Under the pieces are notes generated by a model that was not told the origin of the DNA, did not search any database, and saw only the letters and a program-made list of their open reading frames with translations. A program made the translations under genes and the position numbers. DNA of 64,000 nucleotides from the human T2T-CHM13v2.0 reference genome, Homo sapiens. Shown piece by piece: positions 1 to 26,325 of the stretch. Location of the stretch: the NCBI RefSeq assembly GCF_009914755.1, contig NC_060929.1, one strand, 5' to 3'. Within the stretch, counting starts at the first letter, position 1. The number at the start of each line of letters is the position of its first letter.

Positions 1-557
<557 letters not shown>

Positions 558-756
558 TGGAACTTACAGAAAATTCCTAAGCAGTACTTGCTTCTTAATG
601 AAAAATCAAGTAGTACCACAAAGGAAAAGGACTTTGTAGAATGCCCAGAAATAATTGCAATTGTTGTTAACATCATGATGTATGTAGATGTGTATTTAGA
701 TTTTATGACAATGTAATGATTTTTTAAAATGTCTCTTTATAATTTATTATAAATAG

Positions 757-877
757 GATATACACATGACACCATCCACTGACTTCTATAAGAAATTAGC
801 CTTGGACTGTTCTGGTCAGCAAGTTGCTGTTGACTTATTCCTTCTCAGTGGACAGTATTCTGATTTGGCTTCTCTGG
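757..877 (+). CDS. SEC24A: SEC24A internal coding exon A (probably exon 14 of 23), phase 0-1; gene begins upstream of the window
   Basis: tag|GAT...CTGG|gtaag; encodes DIHMTPSTDFYKKLALDCSGQQVAVDLFLLSGQYSDLASLG (Sec23/24 trunk domain); 121 nt. Confidence 0.95.
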
Positions 878-1087
878 GTAAGTTCTTCGTAATGATTTTT
901 TTTTTCCGTTAAATGAATATCAAAATGGTCCTTATATGATAGTGTTCTAAATATAGAACAAAGTTAAAGAATATGTATGCCCTTGGGAAAGTTAATCAGT
1001 CAGTTTAGTCTATTAAAAACCTTATAGTCTTCTACTCTAAACATTTAGTAATAGAGAAATTTCTATTCTACTATTTAAAGGAATGCA

Positions 1088-1395
1088 GGCCGGGTATGAT
1101 GGCTCATGCCTGTAATCCTAACAATTTGTGAGGCCTGTGCAGGAGGATTGCTTGAGCCCAGGAGTTTGAGACCAACCTGGGCAACATAGGAAGACCCTGT
1201 ATTTGCAAATAATATGTATATTTTTTTAAATAAAAAACTAGCCAGACATGGTGGCGCACACCTGTGGTCCCAGCTGCCTGGAAGGCTGAGGTGGGAAGAG
1301 TGCTTGAGGTGGAGAGGTCAAGGCTGCAGTGAGCCCCATGGTATCACTACTGCACTCCAGCCTGGGTGACAGAATGGGACTCTGTCTCAAAAAAA
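1088..1395 (+). mobile_element. Old (AluJ-like) Alu
   Basis: GGCCGGGTATGATGGCTCATG...GAGCCCAGGAGTTTGAG...A tail. Confidence 0.85.
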
Positions 1396-1529
1396 GGGAA
1401 TAAAATCTCCTTTCTGACAGTAGTTTACCTTGGAAAGTTAAAGAAAGATTGATTCCAATGTCTTTAGTTACTTTGGTGTAGTAGAAATAGTTAACGGCAC
1501 AGTTTAAAACAGTGTGTGTTCTCTTCCAG

Positions 1530-1688
1530 GTTGTATTTCTCGGTATTCAGCAGGTAGTGTCTATTACTATCCCTCTTACCATCATCAGCACAACCCAGTC
1601 CAAGTACAGAAATTACAGAAGGAACTACAGAGATACCTTACTCGGAAGATTGGCTTTGAGGCAGTCATGAGGATTCGGTGCACCAAAG
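1530..1688 (+). CDS. SEC24A: SEC24A exon B, phase 1-1
   Basis: ttccag|GT...AAAG|gtagg; CISRYSAGSVYYYPSY...IGFEAVMRIRCTKG; 159 nt. Confidence 0.96.
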
Positions 1689-1951
1689 GTAGGAATATTT
1701 TTTTTTTGCGTAGGACTAAATAATATTTTTGGTTTCAGTAAATGTACATGTTTTTATCTGGTCTTATAAGATTGCCCTTCTGAGATACTTTGCCTACTCT
1801 GGAATATGCAATTAAGAGGAGAGAAGAAACACTGTAACCAAAAAAAGGGGGCCTATTGAGAATATACTCAAAAGCACTGACTTATATATTTTTAAATAGA
1901 GAATTTTATGGTGTGTGAATTATCTCAGTTTTTTAAAAAAGACCTTATCTC

Positions 1952-4802
<2,851 letters not shown>

Positions 4803-4803
4803 T

Positions 4804-4909
4804 AAAATATGGAACACTTCACGAATTTACGTGTCATCCTTGCACTGGGGCCATGCTAATCTTCTCTGTATGGTTCTAATTTTAGTATACATGCTGTCGA
4901 AGTGAGTAC
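4804..4909 (-). pseudogene. Full-length U6 snRNA retropseudogene, antisense to SEC24A
   Basis: Reverse complement of U6 with about 11 mismatches in 106 nt; AT-rich tail; direct repeat CTAATAGTTTTT at 4320-4331 and 4910-4921. Confidence 0.93.
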
Positions 4910-5039
4910 CTAATAGTTTTTTAGTGTTTATGTTTTAAAGGGTATATTTGTTGGATCCCATTCATTGGAGACTGACAGACCTCAAAAATGTTTATTTCTG
5001 CAGATACCTGTTATAAATTAAGGGAAGTGTACATCCTAA

Positions 5040-5375
<336 letters not shown>

Positions 5376-6377
5376 TGATCTGCCTGCCTTGTCCTCCCAA
5401 AGTGCTGGGATTACAGGTGTGAGCCACTGCAGCCCACCACCCTCTTTCTAGAGTGCTTAATTTAATAAAGCTTTGTGGTTAGCTTGCTTAGGTTTCTCTT
5501 TTTATTTTATTATGATAAATTCACTACAGATCAAATACATACTCTAGAAAAGTTAACACAGAAAAGATAATGTACAAAAAGATATAAAATGAGAACTCAA
5601 GCATAACTTCTGTTCCACTCTACAGTTAATCATATACCCTTCAGAAACTTTCCCATGGCATTTATAAACATATATTTTGGCCTTAACTTCAAATAAAAGC
5701 AGTGAGGAATTATACCTGGCTTTTTTATTTTTATCACAATATCTTGAAAACCTTTCTATTTTTATACGTACAGACACACATTCTCCTTTTTCTTTCTTTC
5801 TTTATTAATGTTGTATATTTCTTTTTAAGAGACAGGGTCTCACTATGTTGCCCAGGCTTGCTTTCAACTCTTGGGCTTAAGCAATCTTCCTGCTTCAGCC
5901 TCCTGAATACCTGGGATTACAGGCACATGCCACCATGCCCAGCATTCTTTTTCATCCTGATTACTGTTTTTAAGTTGGTTTTTATTTCACAAGCAACATG
6001 TGCATCTGTTTTTCTTGTAAAAAATAAAAACATTATTGATAAAGCTAAAGTCTTCCTGTATCAGCTTGCATGTGTATGCGACACATACACTTTCACTTCA
6101 TTTTTATGTAGTTAAAAATGGTATGTATCAGAATTTCTTATTAAAAATGGTATATATCACTTGGTATATACCGAATTTCCTATACATTTGCATACTTAGG
6201 TACATCTCCATGGAAAATGTATCTTATGGTCGATTTACATAAGTGACATATTGTATGTATTTTTATTCAATAAACCTTGAAGATTCATTAATTTTAGATC
6301 ATATAAATCCATCACATTAATTTAAACTTCTGCCTATTCTACCTAGTATTCAGCAGACTGAACAAATCACAGTTTAG

Positions 6378-6716
<339 letters not shown>

Positions 6717-6859
6717 TGAAGGTATTTCTAAATTTTTTTTGCTGTGACACACCAGTCTACTTGAAATTTTTCTGCATGTGTGAATTTGGCACTTAAATGA
6801 GTATATCTGTAGGACACATTCTTTGATATGGGATTGCTAAAGTCAAAATAAGTATCTAG

Positions 6860-7113
<254 letters not shown>

Positions 7114-7388
7114 TGATCTCAAACTGACCTCAGGCGATCCACCCACCTTGGCCTCCCAAAGTGCTGGGATTACAGGCGTGAGCTACCGCACCTGACCCAA
7201 AAATGTTTTTTGAAAATTAGTATCCCCACCTTCATTTCAAAAGCCATCTGTTATTCCTTAACCTCACTAAGTACTGTGTATTATCTAGATTTCTTTACTT
7301 TTTGCCAATCTGATAAGTAACTAGGATAAAATGTAAATATCAGTATGTAGGTATATAAAAATAATTTTGTTACCTTTTTCTCTTCTAG

Positions 7389-7562
7389 GTCTTTCCATTC
7401 ATACTTTCCATGGAAACTTCTTTGTTAGGTCAACCGACTTACTGTCTTTGCCTAACGTCAACCCAGACGCTGGGTATGCAGTACAGATGTCAGTGGAAGA
7501 GAGTCTTACTGACACTCAGTTGGTTTCTTTTCAGTCAGCACTCTTGTATACATCCAGCAAAG
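7389..7562 (+). CDS. SEC24A: SEC24A exon C, phase 1-1
   Basis: ttctag|GT...AAAG|gtaaa; LSIHTFHGNFFVRSTDLL...FQSALLYTSSKG (beta-sandwich domain); 174 nt. Confidence 0.96.
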
Positions 7563-7667
7563 GTAAATTGTTTGTTTTTTTTTGGATTTCAAATGTTCAA
7601 ATATTGTCTGGATTTCAAATGTCAAAATGGGCTATAAAATACATGTAGCATATCTTATGTGTGCTAA

Positions 7668-7934
<267 letters not shown>

Positions 7935-8318
7935 TGATCTGCCCGCCTCTGCCTCCCAACGTGCTGGGATTACAGGCATGAGCCACTGCGCCCAGCCCTT
8001 AAAATTTTCATTACCAAAAGCAGTAAACCAACTAAAAAGTTCAAAAAAGAGATTTTTAAAAATTTAGCATATTGTCATTTGAATGCGATCCCTGTTCATT
8101 TAGTAATAACCTGAATGAAAAGAATTTTATAGTTAAAACAATTAAAAGAAGTAGGGTCAGGTGTGGTGGTCTGTAAACCTAGCACTTTGGAAGGCTGACT
8201 AGGGAGGATCACTTGAGGCCAGGAGTTCAAGACCAGCCTGGACAACATAGTGAGACACTGTCTCTAAAAAAATATTTTTTTAATTAGCCAGGTATAGTGG
8301 CACACACTGGTAGTCCTA

Positions 8319-8459
<141 letters not shown>

Positions 8460-8954
8460 TTAATATTTATGTACTTATTTATTTTTAATAGAGATAGGGT
8501 CTTACTATGTTGTTCAGCCCTGTCTTGAACTCCTGGCCTCAGGTAATCCTCCCACCTTAGCCTCCCAAAGTGCTGGGTGCTGGGATTACAGGTGTGAGCC
8601 ACTGTGTCTGGCCAGTATAAAACGTTTGATACTGTCTCTGCTTACTATGTAACTATACTACCTGGTTCTAAATCGAAAAGAAGTTATTTATATTTATATT
8701 TATATATATATATATATATTTTTTTTTTTTTAATTAATTTATTTTTTTTTAAGAGATGGAGTCTCACTGTATTGCCCAGGCTGCACTTAAACTCCTGAGC
8801 TCAAGGGATCCTCCTGTCTCTGCCTCTGGAGTAGGTGGGACTACAGGGATGCACCACTGCACCCAGCTAAGAAGTGATTTTTCCAAGTGACTTTAACATA
8901 ATCTTTTGTTTTATATAGTTGCCCCTCACTGTTGTTTGTGTATTTTCCCCAAAG

Positions 8955-9065
8955 GCGAAAGAAGAATTCGTGTTCATACTTTGTGTTTGCCAGTAGTTTC
9001 GACTCTGAATGATGTCTTTCTTGGAGCTGATGTTCAAGCAATTTCAGGGTTATTGGCCAATATGG
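8955..9065 (+). CDS. SEC24A: SEC24A exon D, phase 1-1
   Basis: ccaaag|GC...ATGG|gtaag; ERRIRVHTLCLPVVSTLNDVFLGADVQAISGLLANM, includes the conserved GERRIRV motif; 111 nt. Confidence 0.96.
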
Positions 9066-9534
9066 GTAAGAGTTGTTATCTGTTATAAATATCTTACAAG
9101 TAATAACATTAGGCACATCCAAACAGTTTTGTTTTCCTTTAAATAGTTAGCTTTATAGTTTGAATGTTTTAGATCCCCTGGGTGCCTGCTAAGTAACTAT
9201 TTGAAAAGATCTGCTGCAGATAATCTTATCTTTTTTGTTTGTTTATTTAAACAAATTTATTGAGATATAATTACATACCATACCACTTCACCCAGTTTAA
9301 TTGATAATTCATTTGTTTTTAGTGTTTTTACAGAGTTGTACAGCTATCACCACAATCTAATTTTATAACATTTCTATTGTCTCAAGAGGAACCTCATGCT
9401 CATTAGCAGTTACTGCCCACTTCTTCCTCCCTCCCTTACTGGCCTTAAGTAACCACTAAACTACTTTCTGTCTCTATATATTTATATATTTGTCTACACT
9501 GAACTTAGCTATATCTTTTTTTTTTTTTTTTTGA

Positions 9535-9795
<261 letters not shown>

Positions 9796-10082
9796 TGAGC
9801 CACCGTGCCTGGCCAACTATATCTTATGTAATGGTTAATATTAGTGCTGTTTAATACTCTTTTTATGAGAAGCAGTGTACCATAAAGATCATTAGACTTA
9901 GAGTCATGGAATTTGGGATTGAAAACCAGTTTACCACCATACATTTGTTTGCAGCCAAATCATGTGAGCCAATAGGAAACTTACTGATATCTTCACGTAT
10001 TTATTTCCATCTCAGATACAATTGTCCTCTTGATTTTTTTGGTTCCTTTTCAAATACATACAGCTTAATAACATCATTTTGA

Positions 10083-10295
<213 letters not shown>

Positions 10296-10921
10296 TAACA
10301 TTCATTCATTCACTCATTCATTTATTTAGTTATTTAGAGATGGAGTCTCATTCACCCTCCCAGGATGGAGTGCAGTGGCACAGTCTCAGCTCACTGCAAC
10401 CTCTGACCCCAAAGTTCAAGTGATTCTCCTGCCTCAGCCTCCCAAGTAGCTGGGACTACAGGCGCACGACACCACACCCAGCTAATTTTTGTATTTTTAG
10501 TAGAGACGGGGTTTCACCATGTTGGCCAGGATGGTCTCAATCTCTTGACCTCGTGATCCACCCACCTCGGCCTCCCAAAGTGCTGGGATTACAGGCATGA
10601 GCCACCACGCCTGGCCCTCAACCAGCTAACTTTAAAAAAAATTTTTTTAGAGACAGAGTCTCACCATGTTGCCCAGGCTGATCTTGAATCCTGGGCTCAA
10701 GCAATCCTCCTGCTTTGGCCTACCAAACTGTTGAGATTACAGCTGTGAGTCACCACACCCGGCCTCAGTAGGTCCATTTGCTTCAAACTTAATTCTGTCT
10801 GTATCAGGAATAGTTACCCACTTTCTTGAATTTCCTATTGGGAAAAATGTTTTACGTGGAGCCTGGTAAAGGATTTACCCACACTTTAGTCTTTTATGTT
10901 GTTAGATGTTCAAGATTGTGA

Positions 10922-11162
<241 letters not shown>

Positions 11163-12340
11163 TAGCCAGGGTGGTCTCGATCTCCTGACCTCGTGATCCA
11201 CCCGCCTCGGCCTGCCAAAGTGCTGGGATTACAGGCGTGAGCCACCGCGCCTGGCCTATTTTTTTGTTTAAGTTACTTTTTTTTGTAACTATGATTATTA
11301 TTATTATTGACAGCAGTAACTATTAGATGGGTTTTGTGGATTTTTGATAAACTGTCACAACTTTGTAAGTATTGGTTCTGCTACCATATTGAATGTATTT
11401 TTAGTACCACATGGATGGAGTTTAGTTATTTGAGAAGTCTTCAATTATGCTTTTTTTTTAAGTATTGAAAGAATGTTTTTATGCAGAAATGCGTATAAAC
11501 AGAGTGTCATGGCAAATGATGAAAATCTGTCTAAATAAGAGGCCAACTTGGTGAAACCCTATTTCTACTAAAAATACAAAAAAACAAAACAAAACAAAAC
11601 AAAAAAATTAGTCAGGTATAGTGGCACATGTCTGTAGTCCCAGCTACTCAGGAGGCTGAGGCAGGATAATTGCTTGAACCTGGGAGGCGGAGGATGCAGT
11701 GAGCCAAGACCACACCACCGCACTCCAGCCTGGGCGACAGAGCGAAACTCTGTCTCTAAATAAATTAATAAATAACTCTAAGAGCTCTTTCTGTAAATGT
11801 AAAATAAAAACTCTGGGCTGGGCATGGTGGTTTGTGCCTATAATCCCAACACTTTGGGAGGCTGAGGCAGGAGGACTGCTTGAGGCCAGGAGTTTGAGAT
11901 CAGCCTGGGCAACATAGGGAGACTTGGTACAAAAAAATTGTTTTAATTAATTAAAATTAAAATTTCAAAAGAACTCTGTTTCGAAACATTGTGCATTTCA
12001 GGAAACACAGGAAAGCATTGTGTGTTTAATTGCAATGTTTTTCTTTCTCAATGGTATATAAAGTGTTGGATTACAATCAGTAGCATAACTGAGGCTCAGG
12101 AAGGTTAAGTTACTTGCCAAATCATTATACAGCTAGGAAATAGCAGAGCAGCATTTCAACAGAGGTTGGCTCAGTTCTCCAGACCATGCTTTTAGCTGCT
12201 GTGTTTTGTCTCATTTGTGTATGTAGTAAATTGGAGAGATACTTGGTATAGTTTTTAAAAATTATCTCTTCTATCCTTAACAGTGGACTAGCTAAACTTC
12301 TATCATATTTCTTTTTTGTCCTTACCCTCACCTTGCTTAG

Positions 12341-12516
12341 CTGTTGACAGATCTATGACTGCCAGTCTGAGTGACGCTCGGGATGCTCTAGTGAATGCAG
12401 TCATTGACTCCCTTTCAGCTTACCGTTCTTCAGTCTTAAGTAACCAGCAGCCTGGACTCATGGTTCCTTTTTCTTTGCGGCTTTTCCCACTTTTTGTGTT
12501 GGCTCTCCTTAAACAG
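12341..12516 (+). CDS. SEC24A: SEC24A exon E, phase 1-0
   Basis: gcttag|CT...AAACAG|gtaag; [19 protein letters not shown]...[12 protein letters not shown] (helical domain); 176 nt. Confidence 0.96.
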
Positions 12517-12551
12517 GTAAGAAAAACAGATATAGAAACTAACACAATGAT

Positions 12552-12858
12552 GGCCAGGCACTGTGGCCTACACCTGCAATCCCAGCACTTTGGGTGGCTG
12601 ACGTGGGTGGATTGCTTGAGTCCAGGCATTTGAGACCAGCCTGGGCAATATGGTGAAACCTGGTCTCTGCAAAAAATACAAAAAAACTAGCCAGGTGTGG
12701 TGGTGCACACCTGTAGTCAGTCCCAGCTACTTGGGATGCTGAGGTGGGAGGATGGTTGAGTCCAGGAGGCGGAGGTTGTAGTGAGCCCATATCGTGCCAC
12801 TGTACTCCAGCTTGGGTGACAGAGCCAGACTCTGTCTCAAAATAAACAAAAAGAAAGA
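12552..12858 (+). mobile_element. Sense Alu starting ~35 nt after the exon E donor
   Basis: GGCCAGGCACTGTGGCCTACACCTGCAATCCCAGC...GACTCTGTCTCAAAA. Confidence 0.9.
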
Positions 12859-13154
12859 AACGAACACGATGGAAACATCAAAAGGCAAAATTTTTATCCT
12901 ATGAATCCCTAAACATTGTATATGTAACTTTATGCTGGTTAAATTTTTGACGACAGGTACCTTACCTCTTATTTGAACTTTGAAAAGTTTAATAACCAAA
13001 GAAACTTAGAGGAAACTGATTCAGAGCAAGTTCCTTGTTCATAAGATGCTTCTCTAAGCAAAGTATTCAGTGACATTATAAAAAATTCAACTGATAATCA
13101 GTTTTCCAGAACAAGAATTGTATATTATATTGCTGATGCAAGAAGGCACACATG

Positions 13155-13430
13155 CACTGTGTGTTCTCACTTATATGTGAAAGCTAAAAAATCAAACACA
13201 CGGAAGCAGAAAGCAGAATGGTGGTTACTAGAGGCTGGGTGGTGGGGCAGGAATGGGGAGATATTGAACAAAAGGTACAGTGTTTTAGTTAGGAGGAATA
13301 AGTGATAACTATTTGAGGTTATGGATATGTTACCTAGCTTCATTAAATCATTCCACATTGTATACTATATCATAGCATCCCTTTATACCTCATAAATATA
13401 TATAATTAGAATTTTTCACCAACAAAAAAT
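13155..13430 (+). mobile_element. L1M (L1MA-like) 3' end fragment
   Basis: TGTTCTCACTTATATGTG..AGCTAAAAAA..AGAATGGTGGTTACTAGAGGCTGGG..ATCATTCCACATTGTATA. Confidence 0.75.
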
Positions 13431-13529
13431 TTAACTTTTTTTTAAAAAGAAGAGACCATACATGTTATTTTATTTTATTTTATTTTATTGGCTCTTTCCT
13501 GTCCCTACAGAATTTCAGCAACATTACAC

Positions 13530-17680
<4,151 letters not shown>

Positions 17681-17921
17681 TTACCCATAACTTTTTTCTT
17701 CTCCATTTTTATCTGTGTAAAGAAAATAATAACAGTTAAATATCATAGTTACTTATTAACTCATTTTACTAAGAAGCTTTCCTCATTTGTAGTAGTATTA
17801 TTTTTTCTTGTTTATTAGTATTCTTTGTTACATTGTTTGTATGGTGGGAGAATCAATGACAGCTGCCATTAGTCATCACCCAGCACTCATGGGCCACTTA
17901 GTGCAGTATTCTAAGTGCACT

Positions 17922-18248
17922 ACCCCCCAGCCACATACCGGTACCAGTGGGTGGCCTGTTAGGAACTGAGCCACACAGCAGGAGGTGACCAGTGGGCGAG
18001 GGAGCATTACTGCCTGAGCTCTGCCTCCTGTCAGATAAGTGGCAGCATCAGATTCTCATAGGAGCGCCAACCATATTGTGAACTGCGCATGCGAGAGATC
18101 TAGGTTGCATACTCTTTATGAGAATCTAATGTCTGATGATATGAGGTGGAACAGTTTCATCCCAAAATCATCCTCCACCATGTCCCCACCAGTCTGTGGA
18201 AAAATTATCTTCTGCGAAACCAGTCCCTGGTACGAAGAAGGACCACTG
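17922..18248 (+). mobile_element. MER1B-like hAT-Charlie DNA transposon fossil
   Basis: CCGGTACC..GGCCTGTTAGGAAC..AGATTCTCATAGGAGCG..TGTGAACTGCGCATGCGAG.GATCTAGGTTGC..GAAACCAGTCCCTGGT. Confidence 0.85.
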
Positions 18249-18650
18249 ACGTAATGGATATCTTTTTGGTCCTTCATGTATGCCTTTACTTTGTCATCTG
18301 CAATATAACTTCATCCTTCCTATGGTGTTGCTTGGATTGTTACATCATTATCACTATCATTATATGGTAGATAGAGTGTTTAGATCTATTTTATCAACTA
18401 GGAAACAGACACCATGGAGATCAGATAACTTTGCCATGGTCAGTTAGTTAATTTCAAAAGACTTTTAGGTGGGGCTATAGCTACAGTTTAATAGATGTGT
18501 GTGACTTCTTAAAAAAGATACTTTAAAAAAATTAACAGTAAATTTGTGAATTCTCTCTGAAAATATTCTTTTAACAACTGGCATTTTAAAAGTTCTGGAT
18601 GTATTTTTAAAATATATTCTTTTGTGGGGAATGGGGGTTTTCTGTTACAG

Positions 18651-18788
18651 AAATCATTCCAGACTGGGACAAATGCACGTCTAGATGAACGCATTTTTGC
18701 TATGTGTCAAGTGAAAAACCAGCCCTTGGTTTACCTTATGCTCACAACTCATCCCAGTTTGTATAGAGTTGACAATCTCTCAGATGAG
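18651..18788 (+). CDS. SEC24A: SEC24A exon F, phase 0-0
   Basis: ttacag|AAA...GATGAG|gtaag; KSFQTGTNARLDERIFAMCQ...YRVDNLSDE; 138 nt. Confidence 0.96.
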
Positions 18789-19110
18789 GTAAGATGGATT
18801 GCTTTTTTGTGGTTTTACTTGAAGATTAGTAAGCCTAATCATAGTCCAGTACAGAAATGAGGAAGGGTTTGTTTATTATTTAAGGCTTTAGCTTTTATTT
18901 TATTTATTTATTTTTTTGGCTAAGTCTGAGTAAATAAATTTTAGTATAGGGAAGCTCTTAAAAATAGTGCCTTTAAGTTTCCTAAAATACCATCTGTAGA
19001 GCAGATCTAAGAAATGGAAAGATTGTCAAATTGACCAGAGCAACTTACTAATTTATTCAAACAAATCGATCTTTTAACAACTGACATTTTAAAAGTTCTG
19101 GGTGCATTTT

Positions 19111-19209
19111 TGCTCGCTTCAGCAGCAAATATACTAAAATTGGAATGATACAGAGAAGATTAGCATGCCCCTTGTACAAGGATGACACACAAATTCGTGA
19201 AGCATTTTT
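19111..19209 (+). pseudogene. U6 snRNA retrocopy, 5' part of a U6/L1 chimera
   Basis: TGCTCGCTTC...ACAGAGAAGATTAGCATG...AAATTCGTGAAGC-ATTTTT; ACAGAGA box intact; about 7 nt missing near the 3' end. Confidence 0.93.
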
Positions 19210-19495
19210 AGGAACAGAAAACCGAACACTGCATGTTCTCACTCATAAGTGGGAGTTGAACAATGAGAACACATGGGCACAGGGAGGGAAATATCATACA
19301 CTGGGTCCTGTCAGGGGGTGGGGACAAGGAGACAGAGATCATTAGCACAAATACCTAATGCATGTGGGGCTTAAAACCCAGATGACAGGTTGATGGGTGC
19401 AGCAAAACACCATGGCACATGTATGCCTATATATCAAACCTGCACGTTCTGCACATGTGTCCCAGAACTTAAAGTATTAAAAAAAAAAAAAAAAA
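19210..19495 (+). mobile_element. L1PA-type 3' end with poly(A), fused to U6
   Basis: GGAACAGAAAACC..GCATGTTCTCACTCATAAGTGGGAGTTGAACAATGAGAACACATGG...CCCAGAACTTAAAGTA + A tail; TSD AAAAGTTCTGGGTGYATTTT at 19091-19110 and 19492-19511. Confidence 0.9.
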
Positions 19496-19806
19496 GTTCT
19501 GGGTGTATTTTTAAAATATATTTTTTCTGGGGAATGGGGGTTTTTTGTTACAGAAATCATTCCAGAATGGAACAAGTGCACGTCTAGATCTGAGAGTGAA
19601 ATTACATCTGAACACCCAGTTCAATGTAACAGTGTCCTTGAATTAAAGAAAAAATACTTCTCTAAGTTGTAACATTGTTTTCCTTTGGTAGAAATTTACC
19701 AGAATTAAAGTCACAAGAATGAAAATGTCAAATCATAATCTTTCTAAAATTGTGATCAAGTTAAGATATATATTTTGGAAGTGATGTTTTGGTTAAAAAC
19801 TTTTCA

Positions 19807-21570
<1,764 letters not shown>

Positions 21571-21694
21571 TGTGATTTACCTAAGCAAGGCCCAGACTTG
21601 TAGAGGTAACATTCATTTAATTTTTTGTTGTTGTTTAACTGTGACTCCATATTTCCTATATTTAAAACCTTTACTCTTTTACTTAATTCCTCAG

Positions 21695-21799
21695 GGAGCA
21701 CTCAACATCAGTGATAGAACCATACCTCAGCCCCCCATTCTTCAGCTTTCAGTGGAGAAGCTGAGCAGAGATGGAGCTTTCCTCATGGATGCAGGCTCT
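21695..21799 (+). CDS. SEC24A: SEC24A exon G, phase 0-0
   Basis: cctcag|GGA...GGCTCT|gtaagt; GALNISDRTIPQPPILQLSVEKLSRDGAFLMDAGS; 105 nt. Confidence 0.95.
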
Positions 21800-21920
21800 G
21801 TAAGTAATTTGACTTATCCTGACCCTCACTGCAAACTACTATACTGTTTTAATTTAGCATTTGGTTTCATTCCCTTTAATATCTCTCTTCCTGAACAGAT
21901 TTCATATTTTAACCTATATA

Positions 21921-24091
<2,171 letters not shown>

Positions 24092-24623
24092 TACATTTGT
24101 CTGCCACCTTTCCCCTCCATATCTTCCTTGTTTCATGCCAAGCATAAAATGTCTCATCAGGTAAATACTAATTATTATTAATTCAGTTAAAGGCTGTACA
24201 ATCTCACTAAATATACTTACCTTTTTGACCTTTTAAAATATACTCAAGCTGGGTGTGGTGGCTCACACCTGTAATCCCAGCACTTTGGGAGGCTGAGGCA
24301 GGCAGATCTCTTGAGGTCAGGAGTTCAAGACTAGCCTGGCCAATATGGTGAAACCCCATCTCTACTAAAAATACAAAAATTAGCTGGGCATGGTGGCACA
24401 CGCCTGTAGTCCCAGCTACTCTGGAGGCTGAGGTGGGAAATCGCTTGAACCCAGGAGTCGGAGGTTGCAGTGAGCCGAGATTACACCACTGCACTCCAGC
24501 CTGGGTGACAGAGTGAGACCCTATCTCACAAATATATATATAAAATAAAAATAAAATGTACTCACTCAACAGACTCACCTTTATGTATGCTGCATCTCAA
24601 AATAATTTTATTCCTGTCCCTAG

Positions 24624-24716
24624 GTACTGATGCTTTGGGTTGGAAAAAATTGTACACAGAATTTTCTCAGCCAAGTTCTAGGAGTTCAAAACTATGCATC
24701 AATTCCACAGCCTATG
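24624..24716 (+). CDS. SEC24A: SEC24A exon H, phase 0-0 (not in the ORF track)
   Basis: ccctag|GTA...CCTATG|gtaag; VLMLWVGKNCTQNFLSQVLGVQNYASIPQPM (gelsolin-like domain); 93 nt. Confidence 0.93.
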
Positions 24717-25082
24717 GTAAGACTCTTTTATTATAGTGATTATAAAGGGCATTTCAAAGTTGGCAAAAACATGAATATCCCCTATTTTGATATCAGAAAA
24801 TAATAACAAAATCATACCAAAAATTTTTATTGATGGGTTTTCATGTTGATGGATTCTATGACTCCACTCATAGAATCATTAGGGAATTTATATATTTAAA
24901 AGGCAGATATGCCAGCCACAGCGGCTCACACTGTAATCCCAGCACTTTGGGAGGCCAGGGCGGGCTGATCACGAGGTCAAGAGATCGAGACCATCCTGGC
25001 CAACATGGTGAACCCCCTTCTCTACTAAAAATACAAAAATTAGTTGGGCGTGGTGGCGCACACCTGTAGTCCCAGCTACTCA

Positions 25083-25304
<222 letters not shown>

Positions 25305-25708
25305 CTAAGCAACATAGTGAGACCCCATAACTACAGAACATTTTTAAAATAGCTGGGCATGGTGGCACACAACTGTGGTCTTAGCTACTTACGAGGCTGA
25401 AATGGGAGGAGTGCTAGGACCTGGGAGGTTGAGGCTGAAGTGAGCAGTGATTATGCTGCTGCACTCCCGCCTGGGCAACAGAGCAAGAACCTGTCTCAAA
25501 AAATAAATAAATAAAAGACTGCTGTGTCAGGATTATAGCTAGGATAAGCACTGGCTTTCAGGCCTTAAACAGAACTACTGGGCTGGATGACTAAGCGTTT
25601 TAGGTAATGAGTAAGAAATTGTTATATTTTTAATAATAACTGAACGAATCAATTAATTCTTGACGTCATGCTAAAATGAAGGGAAGAACTAAGAGGTTTT
25701 TTTAGATG

Positions 25709-26325
<617 letters not shown>

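Larger units (their letters stand above)
19070..19589 (+). repeat. Diverged local duplicate of 18567-18686 (exon F acceptor plus first 36 exonic nt), split by the U6/L1 insertion
   Basis: 19070-19110 plus 19512-19589 align colinearly to 18567-18686, including TGTTACAG|AAATCATTCCAGA...GCACGTCTAGAT. Confidence 0.92.
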
